From positions 28,148,001 through 28,212,000 of the forward strand of contig OX597842.1 of the NCBI GenBank assembly GCA_951406725.2: a stretch of 64,000 nucleotides of DNA. Reading direction: 5' to 3'. This stretch comes from Octopus vulgaris (taxonomy: Eukaryota). The notes beneath the pieces are model-generated. The model was not told where the DNA came from and made no database searches. It worked only from the letters and a program-made list of their open reading frames with translations. The number at the start of each line of letters is the position of its first letter. Positions within the stretch are counted from its first letter, which is position 1. Shown piece after piece: positions 11,922-25,202 of this stretch. The position numbers and the translations under genes were made by a program.

Positions 11922-13003
11922 CATCATCAACATCATCATCGTTTAACGTCCGTTCTCCATGCTAGCATGGGTTGGACGGTTCGACCGGGGATCTGGGAAG
12001 CCAGAAGGCTGCACCAGGCTCCAGTCTGATCTGGCAGTGTTTCTACAGCTGGATGCCCTTCCTAACGCCAACCACTCCGTGAGTGTAGTGGGTGCTTTTT
12101 ACATGCCACCTGCACAGGTGCCAGGCGAGGCTGGCAACGGCCACGATCGGATTGGTGCATTTTACGTGCCACCGGCATGGGAGCCAGTCGAGGCGGCACT
12201 AGCATCAGCCATGATTCGGATAGCGCTTTTTACGTACCACCAGTCCAGGGGTCCAGGCATCTGCCGGGTGCCAGTCATAGGATTGGTTCAATTTCGATTC
12301 CGATTTCACTTGCCCCAACAGGTCTTCGCAAGCAGAGAAGTGGGGTTGGCATGGGTGCTTGTCGTCGGATGAGGTTCGATTTCGACTTTGCTTGCCTCAA
12401 CAGGTCTTTGTGTGTCCAAGGGAGGAAAGACATGCATAAGTGGGCTGGACTCACTTGTCCTGCCTGGTCTTCTCACGCACAGTATATTTCCAAAGGTCTC
12501 GGTCGCTGGTCATTGCCTCGGTGAGGCCTAAAGTTCGAAGGTTGTGCTTCACCACCTCGTCCCAGGTTTTCCTGGGTCTACCTCTTCTACGGGTTCCCTC
12601 AACTGCTAGGGATTGGCACTTTTTCACACACCTATCTTCATCCATTCTCGCCACATGACCATACAAGTGCAAACGTCTCTCTTGCACACCACATCTGATG
12701 CTTCTTAGGTCCAACATTTCTCTCAAGGTACCTACACTCTGGCGAGTATGCACACTGACATTACACATCCATCGGAGCATACTGACTTCATTTCTTGCGA
12801 GCTTACGCATGTCCTCAGCAGTCACGGCCCATGTTTCACTGCCATGTAGCATGGCTGTTCGTACACATGCATCATACAGTCTGCCTTTTACTCTGAGCGA
12901 GAGGCCTTTTGTCACCAGCAGAGGTAAGAGCTCCCTGAACTTTGCCCAGGCTATTCTTACTCTAGCCGTTACACTTTCAGCGCACCCACCCTCACTACTG
13001 ACT
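11922..13003 (-). mobile_element. 5'-truncated RTE LINE, present only in unit A
   Basis: (CAT)n tail at 11922-11940. ORF 12451..12915 is the RTE C-terminus. The equivalent site at ~47715 in unit B is empty. Confidence 0.9.
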
Positions 13004-13045
13004 TATATATCGACCATGTGTTTCTCCACTAAAATATTTTCTACC

Positions 13046-13082
<37 letters not shown>

Positions 13083-13119
13083 CATACATACATACATCAT
13101 ATATACATACTCTCTATCT

Positions 13120-13169
<50 letters not shown>

Positions 13170-13597
13170 CATACATACATATATATATTAAACTGTTAAG
13201 AGTAGATATTAGACCTTGATCTTAGCCATAAGACTGAGAAGCAATATCTATGTGTGTGTGTGTGTGTGTGTTTCTATGCTTGTCTCCCTCAACTGCTTGA
13301 CAACCAATGTTAGTATGTTTACATCCCCATGACTTAGTAATAATACTGATTATTCATTTTTATACTTTTTATGATCTAGTTATATGTTTTAAAAAAATAC
13401 ATTTTATTTTATATTTATGATTTGGTTTATGTCTATCATTGTTTGAATTGCATAATAGTGGTTTTATCTCGAATTTATAGATATTATATATTTATATTGT
13501 AAAATTTGATTTAATACTAAATTGAATTTTCCCCTGTAAGTTTGGAGTTATACTCCCTAATATTATTATTATATATTATATATATATATATTATATA

Positions 13598-15140
13598 TCA
13601 TCATCATCATCATCATCGTTTAACGTCTGCTTTCCATGCTAGCTTGGGTTGGACGATTTGACTGAGGTCTGGCGAACCAGACTCCAATCTGATCTGGCAG
13701 AGTTTCTACAGCTGGATGCCTTTCCTAATGCCAACCACTCCGAGAGTGTGGTGGGTGCTTTTATGTGCCACCGGCATGGGGGCCAGTTTGGTGGTACTGG
13801 CAACGGCCACGCCCAAATGGTGCTTTTTGTGTGCCACCTGCACAAGAGCCAGTCCAGCGGCACTGGCAACGATCTCACTCGAATGTTTTTTTCATGTGCC
13901 ACCAGCACAAGTGCCAGTAAGGCGACGCAGGTGACAACCACACTCGAATGGTGTTTTTAACTTACCATCGGCACGAAGGCCAGCTTGTTGCTCTGGCAAC
14001 GATCTCACTCGTATGGTACTCTTAGCGCTCCACTAGCAACGGATACCAGTCACCAAGTTTGATTTCGACTTCGATTTCACTTGCCTCAACTGGTCTTCAC
14101 AAGCAGAGTTTAGTGTCCAATGAAGAAAAGGCACACATAAGGGGACTGGTTACCCCCTAGCATAGGCCACAAGGTTATGGTCACACTTGCGCTTGCCGAG
14201 TCTTCTGCAGCACAGCATATTTCCAGAGGTCCCGGTCATTAGTAATTGCCTCGGTGAGGCCCAATGTTTGAAGGTCATGCTTCACCACTTCATCCCAGGT
14301 CTTCCTGGGTCTACCAATTTTACAGGTTCCCTCATCTGCTAGGGTGTGGCACTTTTTCACACAACTATCTTCTTCCATTCTCGCCACATGACCATACCAG
14401 TGCAAACGTCTCTCTTGCACACCACATCTGATGTTTCTTAGGTCCAACATTTCTCTCAAGGTACTTACACTCTGTCGAGTATGAACACTGACATTACACA
14501 TCCATCGGAGCATACTGGCTTCATTTCTTGTGAGCTTACGCATATCCTCAGCAGTCACGGCCCAAGTTTCACTGCCATGTAGCATGACTGTTTGTACACA
14601 TGCGTCATACAGTCTGCCTTTTACTCTGAATGAGAGGCCCTTTATCGCCAGCAGAGGTAAGAGCTCTCTGAACTTTGCCCAGGCTATTCTTATTCTAGCA
14701 GCTACACTTTCAGCACACCCACACCCGCTACTGACTTGGTCACCTAGGTAACGGAAGCTATCAACTACTTCTAGTTTTTCTCCCTGGAATGTGGCGTAAG
14801 TTGGTCTCTGCGCATTTTCAGCGTTTATTGCTCCTGAGCATCTGCCACAGACAAAAATATTCTTCCCAGTTAGCCTTCCTTTGACATTGCTGCACCTCTT
14901 ATGTGTTCATAGCTTACACTTGGTGTATCTTATAGAGTTTCTACCTACGCCTTTTCTACAGATCGAGCAGGGCCATCTACCTGAAGGTGTTTGTGATTTG
15001 TCTACCTTCCTACTTATTAGGACTTCAGTTTTAGCTAGGTTGATTCTAAGGCTCCTTCGATTCTAATCCTTGTTTCCACACCTGAAACTTCTCCTCCAGT
15101 TCTGATAGTGACTCAGCAATTAGAGCAAGGTCATCAGCAA
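13598..15140 (-). mobile_element. 5'-truncated RTE LINE
   Basis: (CAT)n tail. Matches 226-1175 up to the LYADD region. Duplicated at 48636-50180. Confidence 0.92.
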
Positions 15141-15524
15141 TATACATACATATACACAACTGTATACCCATATATATACATATATAAATACATATATGCA
15201 ATTGTCAGATTTACAATTATTTCAACACATCTTCAGGTTCTATTTGAAAATATTATATATCTAATTTTACATCCCTTTAAAAATACGCAATACAATTAAG
15301 CATAAAAGATTAAAAATTAAGAAGAAAAATGATACTTTGAAATATTAAGAATTAAAATTTATTAATTATACATTATAAATATGAATTAGTATATATATAC
15401 ATCAATCATGTAAAATCAAGTATATGAGAAATACAGAATGTGAGATATAAGATTAAACATCAGAATAAAAATGTGTGTTTAAATGTGATATATACCAAGA
15501 AAAATTCAAATACACACATTGAAA

Positions 15525-15922
15525 CTCCGACGTCTGGCAGCTGACTTGGCAGACACCCATAAAATTATTAACCATCTTACAAACAATAACTCTGAGCACC
15601 TCTTCAAACTCCACCTGTGGACATGTTTACAAAGTCAGAAAACAGCACAGCTCCCATGACTTTAGGAAACATTTTTTCACGCTAAGAGTTGCTGAAGCAT
15701 GGAACAAACTGCCGGCATCAGTTGTTAGTTGTCAGAGCACTGCATCCTTGAAAACTTCCATGCTTCCTGAGATTTGCCAACAGTACACCTGATTTTCTCA
15801 TACATTATTCGCTTTCCAGACATTTGTACATTACTGCATATACTTTATATGCACTGTCTGACAAGTTGTGGTGCACCTGAGCACTGTATACAATAATTTC
15901 ATTATTATTATTATTATTATTA
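15525..15922 (+). mobile_element. CR1-like LINE 3' end with (ATT)n tail
   Basis: FRKHFFTLRVAEAWNKLP-coding segment. Reverse complement of the 7072-7500 family. Confidence 0.8.
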
Positions 15923-15989
15923 TATGAGGATTTGGTACAAGTAGTGAAGTTGACAACCAATCTAAGACTTTTTACAAAAGATCATTCTG

Positions 15990-16780
15990 ATGAAAGAGAG
16001 ATGTAGGAAATAGTGACATTTCTGTCGAACAAAGTCTAGGTGCATTCAAAATCAACCTGACTTACAACCTTTGTCTTTAATTCCAAGTGATTTTGTAGAG
16101 GCTGACCTTGCAAATAACTTCACAGACCCCGTGTGGCTTGCAAACAGACCCATTATTACTCCAACAAATGAAATATCACAATTTGTGAATGAATTCATGT
16201 TGACCAGGATCCCTGGCGAGGTAAAGATATACAGAAAGCTCAGATACAGTTGATAACGAAGCTCTGTACCTAATCAAATTCATCAACAAACTCCTACCAT
16301 CAGAGTTTCCATGGACATATCCTCACCTCAAAGACAAGAGGCTGCATTAGGTTTTCGAAGAATTTAGATGTTAAACAAGGCCATTGCAATGACACAGGCT
16401 ACGTTATTATCTGCTTGCACGATCTTATTATTGTGGCTGAGGTTGCTTGTGGTCCTTCTGCAGGATCAATGCTGGTAATCTCAAGGATTCCGCATGGGTC
16501 TCAATGACTGGAGTTCCCATTCACAGTTACCACATAAACAATTTCCTGTGGAACCAGTCTCTGCCTTGACATGCAGCAAGGCACAGGGACAGACATTTAA
16601 ACCAAGCAGAATATATCTTCCAACGCAATTCTTCTCCCGTGGTCAGCTGTAAGTTTCCTTTTCTAGATTTTGGATGAAGGCTAATGTAAAAATATTGGCT
16701 GGGAGAAATAGAAACTGTATATTGACTGACAATTGTGTCCACAAGGAGGTTCTACTTGAAAACAAAATGTGCATTTTAAG
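15990..16780 (+). mobile_element. Degenerate Helitron PIF1-like helicase C-terminal fragment
   Basis: Frameshifted motifs IITPTNE, RNLDVKQGHCN, ISRIP, FPF, QFPV, KAQGQTF, FSRGQL, VHKEVL. Confidence 0.85.
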
Positions 16781-16931
16781 TAAGTTTCACAAAATGGAAT
16801 TTACAACTTTCGTTTTTTGAAAAATTCCACAGGATATTTAAACTGTCTCTATAACAATGGAAGTGTTTAGGGAGATGCTGGGACTTACAACAACAACAAC
16901 AACAACAACAAATGAAATTTCAAAGTTTGTC

Positions 16932-16937
16932 TTTATT
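16932..16937 (-). terminator. Candidate polyadenylation signal (AATAAA) of gene copy A
   Basis: Plus-strand TTTATT lies ~270 nt after the stop codon if the 17028-18426 insertion is removed. Confidence 0.3.
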
Positions 16938-17027
16938 TCCACAGTTTATCTAGAACAATGAGGGAACCAAACCAGTAAAGGGGTCTACAGGTGGTAGAGA
17001 GATCTGCTAGAATTAGTAACCAAATCC

Positions 17028-18426
17028 GGATCTTTACCTTTCGACCGGCAGATTTAGAAAATAATTTCTTGTAACTAAACACTTTCAAACTTCGTATTCT
17101 GGTAGAATGTGTTGTATAAAACATCTTTTACTCTTAGCGTTTTTGAGAAAAGTTTATATTTACAAAGTTATTTCGTGTTAAATTTGTCGTATTTCAGTAA
17201 TTTCAACCAATCAATGATGTGTATTCAGCTGAATAAAATTACTGCTAACCCATGCTAGCATGCAAAGCGGACGTTAAAGGACGATGATGATGATGATGAT
17301 GATGTTTGTTAACAACAACTGGTGGTATATATTTCGTTTGTTGTTGTTATTTATGACATCGTTCGTGCGTTTGTACTGGTTTTAGCTTTAAGGTGTTAGG
17401 GTTAGAGTTAAGGTTTTAGTGTTAGGGCTAGGGTTTTAGTGTCAGGGCTAAGGTTTTAGGGTTAGGGTTTTAGGGTTAGAGTTAAGGTTTTAGTGTTAGG
17501 GGTAGGGTTTTAGTGTCAGGGCTAAAGTGTTAGGGTTAGGGTTAGGGTTTTAGGGTTAGAGTTAAGGTTTTAGTGTTAGGGGTAGGGTTTTAGTGTCAGG
17601 GCTAAGGTTTTAGGGTTAGGGTTAGAGTTAAGGTTTTAGTGTTAGGGCTAGGGTTTTAGTGTCAGGGCAAAAGTGTTAGGGTTAGGGTTAGGGTTTTAGG
17701 GTTAGAGTTAAGGTTTTAGTGTTAGGGGTAGGGTTTTAGTGTCAGGGCTAAGGTTTTAGGGTTAGGGTTTTAAGGTTAGAGTTAAGGTTTTAGTGTTAGG
17801 GCTAGGGTTTTAGTGTCAGGGCTAAAGTGTTAGGGTTAGGGTTAGGGTTTTAGGGTTAGAGTTAAGGTTTTAGTGTTAGGGCTAGGGTTTTAGTGTCAGG
17901 GCTAAGGTGTTAGGGTTAGGGTTAGGGTTTGAGTTAAGGTTTTAGTGTTAGGGCTAGGGTTTTAGTGTCAGGGCTAAGGTGTTCGGGTTAGGGTTAAAAA
18001 AGTCTTAGCGAAAATAGTAGCTGAAAAACAGGAAAAAACATAACTAAAACCAGTAGAAATGCACGAACGATTCTGGTGGTGCCATGAAGTAAACATGTTT
18101 CAGATAGACTCGTTTTTCATACAAACGTAACTGAGATGAAATATGTCATAAATAACAGTGACAAACGAAATATACACCGCCAGAAGTTGTTGTTGTTGAC
18201 AAACAACGGCAGTAATTTTATTCAGATGAATACACGCCATTGATTGGTTGAAATTACCGAAATACGACAAATTTAACACGAAATAACTTTGTAAATATAA
18301 ACTTTTCTCAAAAACGCTAAGAGTAAAAGATGTTTTATACGACACATTCTACCAGAATACGAAGTTTGAAAGTGTTTAGTTACAAGAAATTATTTTCTAA
18401 ATCTGCCAGTCGAAAGGTAAAGATCC
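17028..18426. mobile_element. Foldback-type non-autonomous DNA transposon with long TIRs and 8-bp TSD
   Basis: Inverted arms of at least 220 bp (ggatctttacctttcgac ... gtcgaaaggtaaagatcc). TSD CCAAATCC at 17020-17027 and 18427-18434. Confidence 0.9.
17385..17997 (+). repeat. Telomere-like (TTAGGG variant) higher-order array inside the foldback element
   Basis: TTAGGG/TTAGAG/TTAAGG/TTTTAGTG variants in ~70-80-bp higher-order units. Confidence 0.93.
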
Positions 18427-18604
18427 CCAAATCCTACTCCATTCATAACTTATCACCTTAAAGAAGGACACATTAAACAATGTGGTTCTACGTTCTCTAT
18501 ACTTATGAAAAAGACAGGATGGTCCTGGATGGAAGGCATTTGATAATAGGTCTGTGGTGAAGACAGACTTGCGACTAAGCAACAGCAACAATTTACAAAG
18601 AAAT

Positions 18605-18810
18605 TCAATTGAATTCTGATGATAAACATTCAAGTGCATCATAATATTCAGTTTTTTCAAGAGCTTCTTTTAATATTCGAAGTGTACGTTTCGCTGGGTC
18701 ACAACGCTGAAACCATCTGAGCAGCATCTGGAAGCCTTGTTCCACAACGTCAAGAGGATAGTCCTGCCTGATGATTTCCAAGTCATTTTGTTTAATTTCT
18801 AATTCCCTTC
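18605..18810 (-). CDS. Gene A terminal exon: Death domain C-terminal part
   Basis: Acceptor ttttgcag|, phase 1. GRELEIKQNDLEIIRQDYPLDVVEQGFQMLLRW...TLRILKEALEKTEYYDALECLSSEFN* follows the death-fold pattern. Confidence 0.88.
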
Positions 18811-20632
18811 CTGCAAAAGAAATAAGAAATAATTGCAACAGCATTAACGATAATATAAAACCTGTATTAATTAGGACAAAGAAATTATGTGAATAGAAGA
18901 ATGAGAAATACTTAAGAAACAGGGAAATTAGAAGACATTGTTATCTATTTCTAAAGATGTTGACAAAAATATCAAACAATTTGAAATAAAGGCTGGAGAA
19001 GGAGAAGAATATTTTAAAGAATTGAAAATTACACATGAGAAAATGTCTGGTGAACAACTGGCAGGAGAAGTGTTTGTGTGGGTAGCAGTGTATGAGAGCC
19101 TAAAGAATTGACAAAGACCACCAACAGATAATTTCATCCAACCGTCCATTTTCTCTGCCCTCTATTCATAAGAGGTTTGTAGGGGAAGAGTCTTCAGGCA
19201 CCTCCTTCATATGATCCTATCAGAGGCAACCTTCATTAGAATTTCTGAAAGGATTTCCAAGCATGGCCAATTGAAACTATGGATATCATCCAACCATTTC
19301 ATTCTTGCTCTACCCCTAGGTCTCCTGTCAGTTGGCTCAGCTTGAAGAATCCCTCTTGTGGTTCTTTCCTGATATTTTAATCACATGCCAGGATTACTGG
19401 AGCTGTGAATTCTCAATGCAGAGAAGCAGTCACTTGACCTGGAGAGACCCCAAATCTCCAGCCTGCACACCTTGTTGAGTAACGTTACTCCAGAGACTCT
19501 TTGGAGGAATACAATCTCAGTCGTTTGATAACGTCCTGTGATCAATGCCTGAGATAGTCATTTGCGATGTCTTTCTACCTATGATTAATAAATATTTAAA
19601 AATTATCAACATTCAGAAATATCTCAAAAGTGGGGATTGTGTACCTGAATGATTTCAACCATCCCAAAGTAAAAACATAATACTGTTAGGTAAATATCAC
19701 ATATTATAGAGGGCACTGGCTTAAGGTTTTTGGATTCATGACTTATAACAAGAACTTCTATCATTGGATCAAGGCCACAATTTCAAAGAATCTAATACAG
19801 GAGAGGCCCTAGAGTAAACAAAGCAATGAGAAGAGTTCTACCAACATCTACACCATACACCTACAACACTCGGGTCCTGATAGAATCACTGCATTCACAA
19901 ACAAGCAAGTTTACAGGGAGGGCAGGTTAAGGTTAGGGCTGAGGAAGGACTTTGTATGTGGCAAATATACAGGAATAGTTCATAGGAACAAGTATGAAAG
20001 ACATAGTTGATAGTTTCTGTTACCTAAAGGACAGAATTAGAAGTAGAGGAAACTATTCTGAAAGCACAGTAGTTAGAAGGAAAACGAGATGAAAAATGTA
20101 CAGGGAGTTGTTATGTCTACTGGCAACTAAGGGATTCTGTCTCCATATGAGGGAGAGATTGCACTTTACAAATACACCTCATGCAATGTTACGTAGAATG
20201 TGAAAGATGCAATGGAAACTGCCAGGAAATGAGGTGAGCAGACATCACTAGAAGTGTAATGTTAATGTGTTGAAAACTTGGAGCCAAATAACTGGATCTC
20301 AGAAGAATCTGTGATAGTGTACAAGAAAAAAGATAATGGTATAGATATAGAAGGGACATGGCAGATGAAATCTGGGTAAAGAAGTGCCTGGAATTCAAGT
20401 GGAAAGAAACAAGCGATCAAACTGGACAAAGGACCACAACAACTCTGGGAGAAGTCGTCTGACCATTACAAACTTAGAAAAATGGATGTAAGGTGATGAT
20501 GATAATGGACCTGGTGTTAGTGGATTCATTTTATCCCAGTATATGACTGGTATATTTTGAATGATACCCAGAGGTATAGCAGGCTGGCAATGTTGTAGAT
20601 GATGTCCTTTCTTAATTTAGATAAATCATTTC

Positions 20633-21501
20633 TGAGTGTGAACTGCCATGCTACATGGCAGTGAAACATGGGCCATGACTGCTGAGGACATGCATAGGCT
20701 TGACAGAAATGAAGGTAGTATGATCCGCTGGATGTGGAATGTCTGTGTGCATACACGACACAGTGTAAACACCCTGAGAGGAAAGTTGGACATGAGAAGC
20801 ATCAAATGTGGTGTGCAAGAGAGACGACTACGCTGGTATGGTCACGTGTTACGTATGGATGAGGACAACTGTGTGAGGAAGTGCCACTCCCTAACTGTAG
20901 AACGAAGCTGTGGAAGAGGTAGACCCAGGAAGACATGGAATGAGATGGTGAAGCATGGCCTTTCAGAGGCAATGGCAGGAGACCGAGACCTTTGGAAATA
21001 TGCTGTGATTGAGAAGACCCAGCAACTAAAGGGAGATCGCAACCATGGCCGATGCCAGTGTTGCATGTCCAGCCCATTTAAGAGTATCCTTAATGCATCG
21101 GGTGACATGATATGCTTGAGAAGACCTGTTGAGTCAAGTAAAACCAAAATTGCAGCTGTGGCCAGTGCCCCATGACTAGCCCCCGTTCTGGTGGCACATA
21201 AAAACCATCATCCGAATGTAGTCGATGCCAGTGTCATCTGACTGACTCCTTGTGTTGGTGGCACGTAAAAAGGCCATCCGAACATGACTGATGCTAGGTC
21301 CACCTGACTGGCTCCTGTACTGGTGACACATAAAAAGCAGCCACTACACTCTCGGAGTGGCTGGCATTAGGAAGGGCATCCAGCTGTAGAAACTCTGCCA
21401 GATCAGATTGGAGCCTGGTGCAGCCACTGGCTCTCCAGACCTCAGTCAAACAGTGCAACCCATGCCAGCATGGAAAACAGACGTCAAATGATGATGATGA
21501 T
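20633..21501 (+). mobile_element. RTE LINE 3' fragment with (GAT)n tail; older RTE debris at 19960-20500
   Basis: ORF 20648..21175 MLHGSETWAMTAED...GRGRPRKTW. Copy at 55090-55958. Confidence 0.88.
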
Positions 21502-22494
21502 GGTTTCTATCAGCTGACTCAGGGGATATTGTCATGATCCCTTGAGTCAGGGATCAAAGGTTCAAATCTAATCCCCAGCACCTGCTCAATGTACCTGGTA
21601 AAGACATTTCTCTATGCTTCACTCTATCTAGATATATATAGGTACCATGGGGAGGTAGAAGACATTGCTGTAAATAATAGGAGCATTGTATAAATGATAT
21701 TTTAGGTTGTGTTAAACTGTCAGAGAAGGGGAAATGGGATATTGTGATGTTCATGCCTTTCCACGTGACATTTGTAATGTAAAGGAGAGTGAAATGATTT
21801 CAATTGAGAAACAAGATCAAGTTGAGTTTGAATTTTCTGTTGAGATTCTTTTTTTTCTAATATAAATGAGTGTTTCATTAACTTACAATGCTGAGTTCAA
21901 TCCAGCCATGAACACAATCAACAATGGGGCCTGTCTTCTATAGAGACAGGAAATATATGTTGACCTGGGACTAAAGAATTACAATAAATATAGAAAAACA
22001 GACTGGCCAGGGGAGAGATGACAACATGTCCCACACAATGCACACTCTCATTTTAAAAAGGTTACATTTGATAATGTGGTCCTCTTCACCCAAGAGAAAG
22101 AGCGATGGCACATCTGGAACCCTTTCCCCTTAATTCTGCCAGATTAAGGCAGATATCTGCCGAAATAAACATCAACAACAACACTCTACTAGTAAACTTA
22201 CTAAAAGTGTAAACAAGCAAAAACATTGTCATTAATTCACCTGTTTACTCTTAAACAACAATATTTTTGAGTCCCCTTTTACAAACGATAGTATTAACTC
22301 TACTGGACCTTCTAATTTATACATTTTACAACCGTGCTGACGTCCGTAGATATTTTATGAAATTTCAGTGATAGCTTTACTTTATAGCTAAACTTTCAAT
22401 TGGAAATTAGGAATGGAACCGGTTCTCAGTCATTCAAACAAACAAAAGTTTAGCTGAAAGTAAAATTTATAGAAATTGGGTATTTTATACTCAC

Positions 22495-22566
22495 CAAGTG
22501 GCTGCCATTTACCTGCCAACTTTTGGGACACCCTATGAAGATGCTTCTCCTCTACCATTACAGACT
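22495..22566 (-). CDS. Gene A exon: Death domain N-terminal helices (72 nt)
   Basis: tatttcag| ... |gtgagt, phase 1-1. Encodes ESVMVEEKHLHRVSQKLAGKWQPLG (L..W..LG death motif) and joins the terminal exon in frame. Confidence 0.85.
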
Positions 22567-23349
22567 CTGAAATAAATATTTCCAAATTTTACACTTCATA
22601 GCACAATTTCCCGATCTCTGTTAATGGTTTATATTTTATTATTGTAAGACATTCCTATCATCAATGGACAACTTCTGACCACTATAGGTTTGGTTGACAC
22701 TTTTATACTTCCTACAGTGGTCCTATATAATGGCTCAATATTTAGGTCCATAACAAAATAGACTGACCTTCCTAAGCCTCCTTTTTCTATTAAGACATCC
22801 TACTTAATCTAACAATGTTGCAATCATCTTATTTAATGATCACATGTTAACACCTTTTATCTTTCTTCTCTCTTATATCCATGCTAAACCTATGACATGG
22901 CATTGTCCCCTCACCACTGGACTTCACTTAATCAACATTCCCCTCATCTTTTGCTTAATTCTGATGTCAACCAAGCTGGTCATCAACGACCTTGACACAA
23001 ACTCATGTCACACCTGTTATCTTTGTCAAACGTTGCTGCTTTTAATCTTTAATTTTAAACTATGCAACTCACAGTTCACCAGAATTTCATCTGATTCAGG
23101 AAATATTTAAGGACTCCTTAATGAAATGCTTTTCTTTCCTGATGAGCAATGATTAGTTCTACACAGGTGAAACAGAAAGTGATAGCAAGTATCCTAAAAC
23201 ACTGTATACTTGCACAAAACATCTTTAACAACATGCAAATGTTCATACACAGATTATCGCAAAGGAAAAACATCTGAAATGGTACAAAAGAAGTGATATT
23301 TAAGAATATATTATCAAGATGGTGATATAGATCAAACTTCAAGCACCAA

Positions 23350-23810
23350 ATCTTGTTTTTGCCCAGAAGTTTTGACTTGGCAAATGCTTATTGCCCATCC
23401 TCGGTTTCTTCAATGACATCAATGCCTCTACTCTTATCGGACAATGAGATCGTCTACCACAGTCCAAAACGTTTTACAAGTTACTCTTTAACCTTTCGCA
23501 TCGTTTCTCCTGCTATTTTGAACTTCACTTGCTTCTGTTGATCTTTCACAAATGTCAGAATGCATTCATTATTTGTTTCAAACAGCATTCTTGAGCAATT
23601 AATTAGTCCATCCAATCTATCTAGGACTGATTGCATATACTTTGGATCTCTTGTTAGCATTTTTATGTCATCCATGAATGTCTTCTGAGGTGATTTCGCC
23701 TGAGTAATTTCTTCTCATAAATCTGCCGATCCCCATAACAAGCACAAACCAAGTGACTGATAGTGTGCAACCTACAGCTATTCCAGTTTCAATGTTGGAC
23801 ACATGAAAAT
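23350..23810 (-). mobile_element. Degenerate non-LTR RT fragment (Hero/R2-like)
   Basis: GIAVGCTLS and PQKTFMDDIKML...LDRLDGLI motifs. Absent from unit B. Confidence 0.6.
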
Positions 23811-24071
23811 CTTTCTAGTGCTTGTGCCACATTAAAATGTACTCAGGACTCTTTATGAAGTGGTTGGTGTTGGGGAGGGCATCCCCCCACAGAAAAGGTG
23901 GAATGTTTAAGGGAGATGTGTTTCTCAAGCAGTCAAGGGGGACAGTAACTCTGAACAAGAACTGACTTGGACAGTGATCACCCATCCATTACATGGAAGC
24001 AAGGAGAGCAGACTGTAAATGATGAGGACAATAACATCGATTGTATTGTATCTTGCAACCAGTGTCCATCT

Positions 24072-24120
<49 letters not shown>

Positions 24121-24899
24121 AATTGTCTCAGCAGCAGACCAAAGCTTCTTACTTGGACAAAGACATCATTTAATGGATGTAATGATAGATTTACTAACAG
24201 TGAAAAAAAAGACAGGGTGATCACACTTGTAAGCTTTCAACTTAACCATCTTGTTCAACAAGAACATCAACAACAATAATCAGTAAACTTATTGAAAATG
24301 TACAACAAACAAACACTGTCATTAACTCACCTGTTTACCATTAAACAACAAAATGTTTTTCTTCCTTCATTCAAAAGACAATATTAACTCTATTGTTTTT
24401 TTTTTCTAATTTAACCATTTTAGCAACAGAGCCAACACTGCTGGACATTTTATTAAATTTCTGTAATATCAATATTTTAAATACAATTCATGTTGTTACA
24501 CGACTGGAAAGTACAGAGGCTGCTACATGTAGATGCATAGAGAGAGAGAGAGAGAGAGATGAAGGAAGAAACAGGGAAAGAGAGTGAGACAACAATGAGA
24601 TGAAAGAAAAGTGAATGTATCTCATTATGGGGAGAGAACAGCTTCAGGGTTTATATTTTATCTTTTGTATTTTGGCCTCATCGTGAAAGACATTTTTCCT
24701 GTGTCTCATGTTTCCATATTTCTATAAAACCCCTTTATTGGATATTCTTGCATTTGTAGGTAACGAATAGAATTACTTTTATCGCTAACCATTCAAAAGA
24801 AATGTAACAATGGAACCTGTTCTCAGTCATTCACACAAATAATATATCTCAGGTGAAGGTAAAATTTATAGAAATCAATTACAGTTATTTTATACTCAC

Positions 24900-24950
24900 C
24901 AACAGATTCTGCAACCGTCTGGACTGCTTTTTCTTCAGACTTTGGACACA
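24900..24950 (-). CDS. Gene A linker micro-exon copy (51 nt)
   Basis: cttatttcag| VCPKSEEKAVQTVAESV |gtgagt, phase 1-1. Identical to 25203-25253. Confidence 0.65.
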
Positions 24951-25202
24951 CTGAAATAAGAATTGGAAATTAAGAATGGAACCTGTTCTCAGACATTCAC
25001 ACAAATAATATATTTCAGGTGAAGGTAAAATTTATAGAAATCAATTACAGTATTTTATACTCACCAAAGATCTACTTTTTCTTAACTTTACTGAAATAAG
25101 AATTGGAAATTAAGAATGGAACCTGTTCTCAGCATTCACACAAATAATATATTTCAGGTGAAGGTAAAATTTATAGAAATCAATTAGTTATTTTATACTC
25201 AC

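Noticed and set aside
17385-17997. True telomere or chromosome fusion site
   Set aside because: Degenerate higher-order variants enclosed by TIRs and a TSD, so it is transposon cargo. No head-to-head TTAGGG/CCCTAA junction.
25065-25090. 26-nt micro-exon as a constitutive coding exon
   Set aside because: Length is not a multiple of three, so it was left out of the gene model. May be skipped, a poison exon or a base-call error.
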